This document shows positions 41,089 through 49,698 of a stretch of DNA of 64,000 nucleotides, piece by piece. Every line of letters starts with the position of its first letter. Positions within the stretch are counted from its first letter, which is position 1. The notes beneath the pieces are model-generated. The model did not search any database. It saw only the letters and a program-made list of their open reading frames with translations, and was not told where the DNA came from. Origin of the DNA: Bacteriovoracia bacterium (GTDB lineage Bacteria > Bdellovibrionota > UBA1018 > CAIPTA01). The DNA lies in NCBI GenBank assembly GCA_050246755.1, contig JBFWVL010000002.1, positions 320,001 to 384,000 of the forward strand, given 5' to 3'. The position numbers were made by a program, and so were the translations under genes.

Positions 41089-42565
41089 TAGGCTTTCGGC
41101 TTTGGTGGTGGGTATTTTCTCGGCCGCGCTGCTGTATTCCCTCTGGGCCGCCACCGTGGGCTGGAATACCTCGATCATGCAGGAGCATAGCTTTCGCCAA
41201 ACCCAGACCGCTTTCAGTTCCTACATGATTGCGGAAGGGGGGCCCATCTTAAAGTATGAATCCCCGGTGCTCGGCCCCCCATGGTCGATCCCCTTCGAAT
41301 TCCCCCTCTATCAAACCATCGTGGCGGTCGTCTACAAAGCCACCGGCTGGAAGCTGGAAAGCGCGGGGAGGGCGGTAGCGAAACTTTTCTTTTATCTTTC
41401 CCTGCTTCCTCTGCTGCTACTCGGCTGGCAGTACGGCCTTCGGGGGGCGGCCCTCCTATTGCCGCTTACTTTGTTTTTGCTGAGTCCCTTATATTTATTT
41501 TGGTCCCGGCAATTCATGATCGAAAGCACCGCTACCTTTTTCGGTCTAGCGTATCTCGCTTCGGCCTATCGCTGGGAAAGTAGCCGCACCAGCCACTGGT
41601 GGATCGCGGCACTCTTTTTCGGATTCACCGCCGCCCTCGTAAAATCTACTTCTTACATATGCTACGCGCTTGCGCTGGGACTGCTCTTTTCCTGGAATAC
41701 TTGGACGGAGAAAAAATTCGATCGCCGCTGGCTGCTGGCCGCGGGCACACTTTTACTAATACCCCTCCTCGCGGGACTAGGATGGGCAAAGTTCACCGAC
41801 CACGTGAAAGAAATGAACCCGTTGGCGGGCTTCATCACCTCCGGCGCACTCAGGGAGTGGAACTTCGGCACCCTGGCGCAGCGCTTGAGCGGAGATTTCT
41901 GGTATAAACTTTTCCGCCAAACCATCCACGATTCCATCGGCCACCGCACCGGCTGGCTTCTTTCGGTAGGGCTGGCGCTAGCCTGGGGAAGAAAAGCCAC
42001 TCTCTACTGGATGTTCTCGTTCCTTTTCCTCGTGGCGCCGCTGATTTTTACGAATCTGCATATCATCCATAATTACTACGCCAACGCGAACGGCGTTTTT
42101 TTAGTATTGGCGATCGCGGTTCTCTGCGCGCAAACCATGCTTTCGGAAAAGAGATGGGCGCAGGTAGCGGGAATCGTTCTTTTCGTTTCGGTAGCGGTAT
42201 TCAGCGTTCGCGAATTTATGCGCCAGCCGTATTGGCAGCAACAGATCGTAAATGAAGGCCCCGTAGTACTCGGCGAAAAAGTAGCGGCGGTGGTGCCGCC
42301 GGAGAAAGTACTCCTAATCTATGGCTGGGACTGGGATTCGACGCTTCCTTACTTTGCGCGCCGGCGCAGCATCATGGCGCGCAATGTGGATTGGGAATCT
42401 CCAGAGCTGGCGCGGAGCCTCGCTCTGTTGCAAGCGGAGAATCGCGGCGTGGGCGCGGTCGTCTACTGCGGCGGGAGCGATCAAAACCCCCGTTTTTTTC
42501 CCCACCCTCACGTAGGAAAATTATTGATCCGGCACTTATGCAATGTTTACGAGTGGCGGAACTGA
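41054..42565 (+). CDS. ArnT/PMT-like multi-pass glycosyltransferase (GT-C)
   Basis: FRQTQTA, EFPLY and WSR.FMIES motifs plus many TMs. Start is uncertain. Confidence 0.75.
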   Translation: MVITENRKFRSSRLSALVVGIFSAALLYSLWAATVGWNTSIMQEHSFRQTQTAFSSYMIAEGGPILKYESPVLGPPWSIPFEFPLYQTIVAVVYKATGWKLESAGRAVAKLFFYLSLLPLLLLGWQYGLRGAALLLPLTLFLLSPLYLFWSRQFMIESTATFFGLAYLASAYRWESSRTSHWWIAALFFGFTAALVKSTSYICYALALGLLFSWNTWTEKKFDRRWLLAAGTLLLIPLLAGLGWAKFTDHVKEMNPLAGFITSGALREWNFGTLAQRLSGDFWYKLFRQTIHDSIGHRTGWLLSVGLALAWGRKATLYWMFSFLFLVAPLIFTNLHIIHNYYANANGVFLVLAIAVLCAQTMLSEKRWAQVAGIVLFVSVAVFSVREFMRQPYWQQQIVNEGPVVLGEKVAAVVPPEKVLLIYGWDWDSTLPYFARRRSIMARNVDWESPELARSLALLQAENRGVGAVVYCGGSDQNPRFFPHPHVGKLLIRHLCNVYEWRN

Positions 42566-43374
42566 ATCACATTCTTCGTGCGGGCCGCATCGCAGGCTTC
42601 ATGCAAAAATTGCATCGCCGCCATTTCCGCACGGCGATGGCGCTGAAGTTTGGGCGTAGCTAAGGCCTCCCGTAAGTCCAAGTAGAGCTTGGCGCTCGCG
42701 CGCAAAGCTTTTTCGCAGCTTTCGGGATCATCCGATTTAGCGAGCGTAGCGCGCAGTTCCGGGAGAATTTCGCTACAGCTTTCTTCCAGGCGGCGCACGC
42801 CGTAGGGCGGCTGCCCGCATTTTTGCAAAAGCAACGGCCCGAGCACGGTACTGCGCAAAAAGGCCACGAAGTTAATCGTCTCAAAAAATTCACCCCGCCC
42901 GATTTTCAGGCCGGCGTAGTGCATCCAGGTCCAGAATCGATCTTCCATCCATTGCAAATCCACGGAAACGGGCTGGGGGTCGGACGCCGCCAAAATATTC
43001 GAAAGAATATTCTTTCTCTCCCAAAGGATTGCTGGGTTTTCAGCGCGCTGATGAAACTGGCTTTCCGAAACAAATTTAAGATCCACGTGCAGCAAGGGAT
43101 TTTCGAACAGGCAGATGAGCAGGGTAGGCTCGCCCACGTGCTCAGCGGTAAAGGAAGACAAAAGCGTGCCGAGGGAGGAGGCCGTTTCCTTAGCTTGCCG
43201 GACGCTATCTTTAAAATTTTCATCCCTGACTACCAGCACGAGATCGAGATCGGAAAAAACATCAAGCTTACCGATGGCCCAAGAGCCGGCGGCGGCCACC
43301 CCGAGAATACGATCGTCTTGCTGCAAAATCGGCAAGGCCTGGTCCACAAATTTTTGATGCGTCGCGGGAATCAT
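42547..43374 (-). CDS. Nucleotidyltransferase (ANT(6)/Lnu-like)
   Basis: GSWA....D.FSDLD NTase motif, LHVDLKF, and a helical C-terminal domain with DRFW; GAGGAG RBS. Confidence 0.7.
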   Translation of the reverse strand: MIPATHQKFVDQALPILQQDDRILGVAAAGSWAIGKLDVFSDLDLVLVVRDENFKDSVRQAKETASSLGTLLSSFTAEHVGEPTLLICLFENPLLHVDLKFVSESQFHQRAENPAILWERKNILSNILAASDPQPVSVDLQWMEDRFWTWMHYAGLKIGRGEFFETINFVAFLRSTVLGPLLLQKCGQPPYGVRRLEESCSEILPELRATLAKSDDPESCEKALRASAKLYLDLREALATPKLQRHRRAEMAAMQFLHEACDAARTKNVIQFRHS

Positions 43375-43564
43375 TATTCTCCTCGGCTGAATTCTACTAT
43401 CGGGCGCAAAAAAGCGCCCTGAGTCAAATAGGCGCAATTTTTCCTGGCTCAAATACCTTCGAGTAGGGAGTGAATTGTAGCGAAAAGGTACTTATTTTTA
43501 TAAATTTTTTTCGTTTCGCCCCCCGCATTTGCACAAATTGCCCAAGGTAAATACACTAGAACGC

Positions 43565-44719
43565 ATGAAAGCAATCTTCCGTTTTTTAGCCGTGATGGCC
43601 GTTATCTTTGGCGTAGCCATTGTTTGGAAAGCAGATCGCCGCAAACCAATCGATTTACTCTCCCAAACCTCGGGAAATAAGAAAAAGACGGATAGGCCGG
43701 AAGAGACGATGCAGTTGGCTTTCACGCAGCCTTTCCGCACGCCGATGGTGGAAGGATGGTCGAAAGAAAAATTTCAGGCAGACCTCGAGGAAGCTTTTTC
43801 TAATGAGGATCCCTGTGCCGTGCATGCACTCCTAGCTCAACTCAAAGACGCTCCGCCCGCGCAATTTTGGGCGGCGGGAATGGCTGCTCTTTTGGCCCGG
43901 CAGCGCAACCGCAACCCTTTGCTGGAAGAGCTTTTTGCCTTTGAACAATCTCCGCTTTACGGGAAACCGGCGGAAAATTCTCGAAACCCAGAAACTCGTT
44001 TTTTTAACTCCTTGCTCTACTCGGGAATGCTTACCCCAGTGGCCAGTCTTGGTCCCAAGCCCGAACGCTACCGAAACTACGATAAAGCCATCGGTGAGCT
44101 CCGGGAATTGGCTCAGCAAGATCCAGAAAACGGAGCCTACGCCTACTATTTGGCCGAGAGCCTAAAACGCAGCGGCGCCAAGAAAGAGGAAGTGCAAGCG
44201 GCATTTATTCAGGCAGGCAAAGCGGCCCGTTTCAATACTTATTATCAGACCGCCTACGACACCTTGCTGTCTACATCCTACGACAACGCCGCGGCCTTCA
44301 CGTGGGTTTATAGCTTTCTGCCCACCATGGCGGTGCCCGAATTTAATACGCGTTCCCTAAAAAACTGGGCCAGCGAAAACGAAACCGGAAAATGGATCGC
44401 GCAAAAAATCGCCAAAAAACTTTCCGATATCGGCACCGAATATAAGCAGAAAAGCCCGGGTTATTATTATTCCCACGTCGAATACATGGTGGGCCAAAAC
44501 CTAAAACACACGCTCAGCGGCCTAGTAGACAAAGATCGCGAAGAGTTTTTTAAGAAAACCAAAGAAGCCCAAGAATATATTTCGGAACAGCCGGCCGCCG
44601 TGACGGACGCCGAAACGGCGATTTACATGAGCATGATAGAGGAGCGGCAAAGCTGCAGTACGGAATCTTGGCGCTCGCTGTTCGAAACGTACCGGCAAAA
44701 AGCGAAGGGCCATAGCTAA
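43565..44719 (+). CDS. Membrane-anchored hypothetical protein with a TPR-like repeat
   Basis: N-terminal TM segment; YDKAI..L......DPENG.Y.YYLA resembles a TPR. Confidence 0.55.
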   Translation: MKAIFRFLAVMAVIFGVAIVWKADRRKPIDLLSQTSGNKKKTDRPEETMQLAFTQPFRTPMVEGWSKEKFQADLEEAFSNEDPCAVHALLAQLKDAPPAQFWAAGMAALLARQRNRNPLLEELFAFEQSPLYGKPAENSRNPETRFFNSLLYSGMLTPVASLGPKPERYRNYDKAIGELRELAQQDPENGAYAYYLAESLKRSGAKKEEVQAAFIQAGKAARFNTYYQTAYDTLLSTSYDNAAAFTWVYSFLPTMAVPEFNTRSLKNWASENETGKWIAQKIAKKLSDIGTEYKQKSPGYYYSHVEYMVGQNLKHTLSGLVDKDREEFFKKTKEAQEYISEQPAAVTDAETAIYMSMIEERQSCSTESWRSLFETYRQKAKGHS

Positions 44720-44997
44720 CCCGCCCTGGATTGCGCTGGCTGAGATTCCGCCCCCGCTACTTCGTATAGATAAAGCTCCCGCATGCCCCGTTCCCCGGGA
44801 TCGCGGTATACTAGCAACGTTTCCCGGGAAGAGGTTTCTATCCGGAAGAATTGGCGGTTACCCGCCGATCTTTCCTCGAGCGAAAGAGGCCCATATACTC
44901 CCAGCATTTGCCACGATCCCAAAGGCGAAGAGAGCCGCGCTCCTTTGCGTTTCAAGGGCACCGCCCCCGAAAGAGACTGGATAAATTCTTTCATCAC
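44716..44997 (-). CDS. Stand-alone ImuB C-terminal-like domain protein
   Basis: Aligns by eye with the C-terminus of ImuB in this window (SW..L...GP...R.(F/Y)F.(I/V).T...E.L.V.R...EL.L). Confidence 0.65.
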   Translation of the reverse strand: MMKEFIQSLSGAVPLKRKGARLSSPLGSWQMLGVYGPLSLEERSAGNRQFFRIETSSRETLLVYRDPGERGMRELYLYEVAGAESQPAQSRAG

Positions 44998-45494
44998 GTG
45001 AACCTCCGGCGTAAAAGTTCCAGGCCATTCTTTCCCGCAAGCAGCTGAACGCTAAACAATGTGGAGGGAGTAGGGCGTTCGCTGATCACTAAGAAAGTTG
45101 CGTTGGTGGCTTTTGCCTGGCGGAGGTAACGGCGCAATTCGCGTTCGTTACTATAGCCCGCACCGAAAACCACGAGCGGGAATAGGCCGGTGGTGAGTAC
45201 CGCCGATGCCGCCCAGGAGGAATCTTGATCGCCATGCACGAAGAGCACGCGCTCAAAATTCAGGCGTATGCACTCGAGCTCGGGCGGCAGGGGAGCCAAG
45301 CTACGTTCGATCCATACCACGGCCTGGTCTGGATTCTGCGCTAGCAAAGCCGCCACTGCGCGCCGGGCGCTAGGCCCGGAAATCTCCACCAGCGCCCCCC
45401 GTGGTAAATCCACGAAGGTCTCCGTTTCAGTTCGGACAAAAGTATCCCGCTGCGCCTCAATAGGCGCAAAATTCTCGTGAAGAGACATATTCAC
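44994..45494 (-). CDS. ImuA-like (truncated RecA-fold) protein, copy 1
   Basis: LPRGALVEISG, WIE, PP.L, LFPLVV and LRR; paralog of 54860..55366. Confidence 0.72.
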   Translation of the reverse strand: MNMSLHENFAPIEAQRDTFVRTETETFVDLPRGALVEISGPSARRAVAALLAQNPDQAVVWIERSLAPLPPELECIRLNFERVLFVHGDQDSSWAASAVLTTGLFPLVVFGAGYSNERELRRYLRQAKATNATFLVISERPTPSTLFSVQLLAGKNGLELLRRRFT

Positions 45495-45522
45495 ATCCTT
45501 GTTACGTATATTTAACTAGGTA

Positions 45523-46122
45523 TCAGTATTTATGATTAAGGTTGCGCAACACTCCGGTGAGTATGCCCTCGATGCGTAATTGCACCGGGGGCATAATCAC
45601 CAGAGGAGCGTACTTCGGGTTGGCTGCATGAAGTTCTACTCGGTTCTTTTTGCGCTGTAAGCGCTTAAGAGTGGCCTGGCCTTCTACCGAGGCCACCACG
45701 ATCGTGCCGTCGTCGGCATGATCTTGTTTCCGAATCACGGCGTAATCGCCATCGAGAATTCCCGCTTCGATCATCGAATCCCCGGCCACCATCAGGCAGA
45801 AATGCTCGCGGTCGATTTGCACGAAGGAGGAGGGAACCTCCACGAACTCCTGGTGCAGGTGGTATTCGATCGGCTGCCCGGCGGCTACTTTTCCTAAAAG
45901 GGGTAAGTGAATCCCAGATTGCTTCACCGAAACACCACGCTTGGAGTTAGCGTCCATATCGAGGAAGCCAGCATCGCGAAGGCGCTCCACGTATTTCTGC
46001 GCCGTGGATCGGGAGCTGAGGTTGAAGGCATCAGCGATCTCCTGGTAGGAAGGCGAGTAGCCATTCTCCTGAATAAAACGCTGAAGGAACTCGAGAACGT
46101 TTTTCTGTTTGGGAGTGAGCAT
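45523..46122 (-). CDS. lexA: SOS repressor LexA
   Basis: MLTPKQ..VL.F, GYSPSYQEI, VAAG cleavage site, GDSM and TLKR catalytic motifs. Confidence 0.96.
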   Translation of the reverse strand: MLTPKQKNVLEFLQRFIQENGYSPSYQEIADAFNLSSRSTAQKYVERLRDAGFLDMDANSKRGVSVKQSGIHLPLLGKVAAGQPIEYHLHQEFVEVPSSFVQIDREHFCLMVAGDSMIEAGILDGDYAVIRKQDHADDGTIVVASVEGQATLKRLQRKKNRVELHAANPKYAPLVIMPPVQLRIEGILTGVLRNLNHKY

Positions 46123-46128
46123 AAAATA

Positions 46129-46179
46129 AAGGTAAGCGTACATTCGTCGTACGTCAAGCGGATAGTACATTTTTCGTGC
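46129..46179 (-). promoter_or_regulatory. lexA promoter with two candidate LexA boxes
   Basis: TTGACG-N17-TACCTT. GTAC-N7-GTAC at 46138-46152 and GTAC-N7-GTGC at 46165-46179. Confidence 0.7.
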
Positions 46180-46192
46180 AGCCGATTCCAGG

Positions 46193-47104
46193 TTAAGCGG
46201 CTAACCCATGAAGATAAAACGTTTTCTCAATGGAACGAAGCAGCAAAAGAAGCGATTCCGGGCTCGATTTTTGGGGACTGAGCCAATTTTTTAGCTGCTC
46301 CTGTTTCAAAAAAACTGGGCAGCGATCATGGCCGGCAGCGGCCACCTCGGCCGGCGGATTATCGGTCACCATGGCGAACGAGCTGATGGCCCCATCGTTT
46401 CCACTCGGAGAAACGGAAAAAAGACCGGCGGCCCACATCACCTCGCGATTTTCTGGCGCAAAATAGATTTCTTCTTTTTTGCCGTGCGCGGAAACCCACT
46501 CGTAGAAGCGCTGAAAAGGAAAAATCAGGTGATTCTTTCCGAAAAGGGGGCGCCAAGTTTTAGCGCTCAGGAGCGAATCGTGTCTGGCATTAAATACATT
46601 ATATTGACTAGGAATCTCGCTGCCGTCGGGATTTTGCACCCGAAAGCGCATGGGCCGTAAAAATCGCTTTCCGGCCTCCTCCACGATCACGGGGGCGAAG
46701 TAGGAGGGGAAGATACGATCGTCGAGCGGATCGATTCGATCGAAGGAGGCTCGAATCTTCCCGTCCAATTTCACGATGCGCCGCTGCAGCACGCCGATTT
46801 TCTTCGCGCCCGTGGCGCTAGGCTTTTTGCTCTCCAGCGCGCGCAGCTCGTGCACGGCGGCCCTCAGCGCAATCTCGTTGCGCGACTTCTCTTCGGCGTG
46901 AAAAGCCGAAATAAACGGCGATAGCCTGGCTTCCGCCGGATCCTGGCTCAGCAAAAAATAACGATCCAGCCCGAAGGGCACTCTTAGCTGCGGGCTAGAT
47001 AGGCGCTGGCGGAGAAGGCTTTCAAAACTGCTTAGGTCGGTTTGCGCCTGGAACTCTCCGGCTATTTCCTTAAGCGAAGTTTTAATGCGAGTTGAGTAGC
47101 ACAT
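46193..47104 (-). CDS. SOS response-associated peptidase (SRAP/HMCES family)
   Basis: N-terminal MCYS (catalytic Cys2); FNAR.D, FYEW and GHDRCPV motifs. Confidence 0.9.
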   Translation of the reverse strand: MCYSTRIKTSLKEIAGEFQAQTDLSSFESLLRQRLSSPQLRVPFGLDRYFLLSQDPAEARLSPFISAFHAEEKSRNEIALRAAVHELRALESKKPSATGAKKIGVLQRRIVKLDGKIRASFDRIDPLDDRIFPSYFAPVIVEEAGKRFLRPMRFRVQNPDGSEIPSQYNVFNARHDSLLSAKTWRPLFGKNHLIFPFQRFYEWVSAHGKKEEIYFAPENREVMWAAGLFSVSPSGNDGAISSFAMVTDNPPAEVAAAGHDRCPVFLKQEQLKNWLSPQKSSPESLLLLLRSIEKTFYLHGLAA

Positions 47105-47150
47105 GCCCGCGAGAGTAACGCCAATCCGTTTTTTCTGCTATCGTGTTCTG

Positions 47151-47783
47151 GTGGAAATAAAGCGCGATAATGTGATCACCCTGAACAACGCTAAGCTCTC
47201 GCGCTTCCTCGGCCGCGCCGCCGAGTTTCACCGCAACCGCGACTACCAAATTTCTCTGCGCGCCATCGCCGACGCGGGAAAATTGCTGGACGCCCAAAAT
47301 AGCGAAGCCCATAAATTTTTAATTTCCTGGGAAGAAGCCATCGAGCGGGAAAGTAGGGGATTGCCCCTTAGCGCCCCGCCCACCTCGTGGGGAAAAATCG
47401 CCAGGGAAATCGGGGCGTGCCTGGAGCGCAATGAAAACTTCGACGACTGCATTCTCCAGCAGACCCACCAGCCCAAGCGCATTCTTCTGCAAAGATATGG
47501 CTTCGGCCTCTTAGGCGCGCTTCTATTTGTCATTGGCTTTACCGCGCTGGCATTCGTTCTTCGGGGTGTTTTTTTCCGCTTCGACAATGGCTACCGCTTG
47601 GCCCAGTTGCCTTTTTTCCGGCAGGGAATCTGGCTTTACTTTCATGCCCTCGCCACCGCCATTTCGGGAGGGGCGCTGGCGGCGCTTGGATTTCGCTGGA
47701 TTCGTTTTGCCTGCCATAGCCGCGCCTCCCTAAAACCAAAGATGGAGCTGCGGCCCCTCGAATCAGACCAAAAAAGTTTTTAA
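47151..47783 (+). CDS. Hypothetical membrane protein
   Basis: Two C-terminal TM segments. Start is uncertain (the ORF-track start overlaps SRAP). Confidence 0.45.
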   Translation: MEIKRDNVITLNNAKLSRFLGRAAEFHRNRDYQISLRAIADAGKLLDAQNSEAHKFLISWEEAIERESRGLPLSAPPTSWGKIAREIGACLERNENFDDCILQQTHQPKRILLQRYGFGLLGALLFVIGFTALAFVLRGVFFRFDNGYRLAQLPFFRQGIWLYFHALATAISGGALAALGFRWIRFACHSRASLKPKMELRPLESDQKSF

Positions 47784-47845
47784 AATCTTATCTCCTTTCT
47801 GCGCCTACACGCTTTCTGGGGGGCATTCTGGGCTACAATTTACCC

Positions 47846-48271
47846 ATGAAGACCCTCCTCTATTTGTTCGTTTTCCTGGCGGGGACTGCCAGGGCCGAAC
47901 CGGAGCCGAATTTTCAGTTTTCGTACGTGCCCAACGAAGGCGCGGAAGGGGTAGCGTGCGCCCACGAAAGAATCCGCGATCTTCCCGACTGGCGCGTGGC
48001 CTGCCCATTTTTCGGGGAAGAAAAACGATTCACCGCCCACGTTCTGCTAAGAAACTTTCCGTCCCAGAAAAAAAGTGCGGTGGAGCTGCTATATTGGGTT
48101 ACCGAGGCCGCGGACGCACCGGGATCCTCCCCGAAATTTCACGCTACGAGCGCTCTGCTTAAGCTGAAGGGGGAAACCGCTCTGGATTCCCTCTCGCTGG
48201 CCCAGGGCGTGGAGAACGACTATGCCTCCCTCGTGCTCGACGCCTCACTGGAAGCCAAGGGAAAGAAATAG
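47846..48271 (+). CDS. Secreted hypothetical protein
   Basis: Signal peptide ending ARA, two Cys, beta-rich pattern. Confidence 0.6.
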   Translation: MKTLLYLFVFLAGTARAEPEPNFQFSYVPNEGAEGVACAHERIRDLPDWRVACPFFGEEKRFTAHVLLRNFPSQKKSAVELLYWVTEAADAPGSSPKFHATSALLKLKGETALDSLSLAQGVENDYASLVLDASLEAKGKK

Positions 48272-48295
48272 GCGCGCTTGGCCGATAAGGAAATC

Positions 48296-48988
48296 ATGAA
48301 CCTGCATAAAATAAAAACGCTTTTAACCCAGATTCTCTGCCTGCAGCTCGCTATCGGAATGGGCACCGGCTACGCGGCCCCCGTGGTGAGCACCCCGCAA
48401 GTTGCCATTGCCAAAAATGTAGATACCCGCGCCCTCGAAAATGCAAACCCGGAATACGTAAAAACTTTGAGCGAAATGCTAAAGGCCTTGGGGGCTAAAA
48501 AAGTAACTTGTACCTCGGGGTATCGCTCCCCCGACCAGCAGCGCCGGGCCTGCGTAAGAATTTGCGGAAACCCGAACGGATGCCCGAACCTCTGCGCACG
48601 TCCCGGAAGATCCCAGCACCAACAAACGACCATTGCCACTTGTGATCTAGTGGGACTCACGAACGGATGCCATGAGCTGAAGCGCCTGTGCGATGAAAAA
48701 TATAACGGAAAATGCGGAATTGGCGGCTACGCGGGCGGGGGTTATCACTTCGGCGTGAACGACACCCGTTTTTCCGCCTGGAACAAATGCGCCGGTCTTC
48801 CGAGAAATAAGAGCAACTATGGCCCTGATTTTCGCGCCCCGGCCGATCCAAGCCCCGGTTCCCTCACTGGTACCGAGCTGATCGCCGACGAAGCCTCCAA
48901 GAGCCACGAGATCATCATCATCGCGGCCATTGCCGCCCTCGGTGTAGGCGGAGCCTTGCTCTACCAAAAAATGAGGAATAAAAAGTGA
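48296..48988 (+). CDS. Module 1: Cys-rich M15/LAS-type zinc peptidase with C-terminal TM anchor
   Basis: Signal peptide; TSGYRS, ARPGRSQH...CD and GIGGY...YHF motifs; C-terminal IIIIAAIAALGVGGALLY followed by KMRNKK. Confidence 0.65.
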   Translation: MNLHKIKTLLTQILCLQLAIGMGTGYAAPVVSTPQVAIAKNVDTRALENANPEYVKTLSEMLKALGAKKVTCTSGYRSPDQQRRACVRICGNPNGCPNLCARPGRSQHQQTTIATCDLVGLTNGCHELKRLCDEKYNGKCGIGGYAGGGYHFGVNDTRFSAWNKCAGLPRNKSNYGPDFRAPADPSPGSLTGTELIADEASKSHEIIIIAAIAALGVGGALLYQKMRNKK

Positions 48989-49698
48989 AGTCCTTACCCA
49001 AATTCATCCCCTTCGCGGTTGGCGCTTTCTTGATTTCCAGCGGCGCCCAGGCGGCCGCGCCGTTTTGCCTGCCCTTTGCGGCGCTAAAAATAAATGCCAC
49101 GAATTGCGACGATAACTTCGCCCTCGGCAAGCAGGCGGACAATTGCCTTTCGCTTTTCACCACGGCGCTGAGCAATAACCGCGCGCAGATCGACAAAATC
49201 TTGAAAGCGGAGGCCGCCAAAGGCAGCTCCGGGCAAAATATCACCTATAAAACTACCGGATCCATTTTCGCCCAAACCCTTCAGGAGCTGGACCATCTAA
49301 TTGCCAGCGGAGAACAGGCCAAGTTTGCGGTAAAAACCTATTCGGATAACCTTTCGCTTCCCGAAGATTATGATCAGCCGGCTCTAACCGGAATGAGCAC
49401 CGAGAAATACCTTTCGGTAGAACCTTGCTACGCCACTCCCTTTCGCATGGTGAGCGAAGACAGCGCCGTGCTCAGCCTCATGGTGGAAGACCTCAAGAAG
49501 GCCAAGAGCGAAGTGCTCGCCAAGAGCGGACTGAACCAAGTCAACTTAGGGCAAGTGGAATCCAGCAGCGACACTAAGGTGCTGAAGGGCAAGCCCGTTG
49601 CCCCAACGGGACTTCCGAAAGAATCGGCGGTAAAAAATCGCGATTCCGACGTGACGGGTATTCTGGAAGATCAGAAGAAGCGCGAAGAGAAAAAATAG
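48985..49698 (+). CDS. Module 1 partner: secreted 4-Cys helical protein (NRDSDVTG family)
   Basis: Signal peptide; C-x12-C-x12-C, LPED, PCY and KNRDSDVTG. GTGA overlap with the peptidase gene. Confidence 0.75.
   Translation: MKSLPKFIPFAVGAFLISSGAQAAAPFCLPFAALKINATNCDDNFALGKQADNCLSLFTTALSNNRAQIDKILKAEAAKGSSGQNITYKTTGSIFAQTLQELDHLIASGEQAKFAVKTYSDNLSLPEDYDQPALTGMSTEKYLSVEPCYATPFRMVSEDSAVLSLMVEDLKKAKSEVLAKSGLNQVNLGQVESSSDTKVLKGKPVAPTGLPKESAVKNRDSDVTGILEDQKKREEKK

Noticed and set aside
45501-45516. GTTA-N8-TAAC palindrome between lexA and the imuA-like gene
   Set aside because: Short, occurs once, and does not match the GTAC-N7-GTAC motif.
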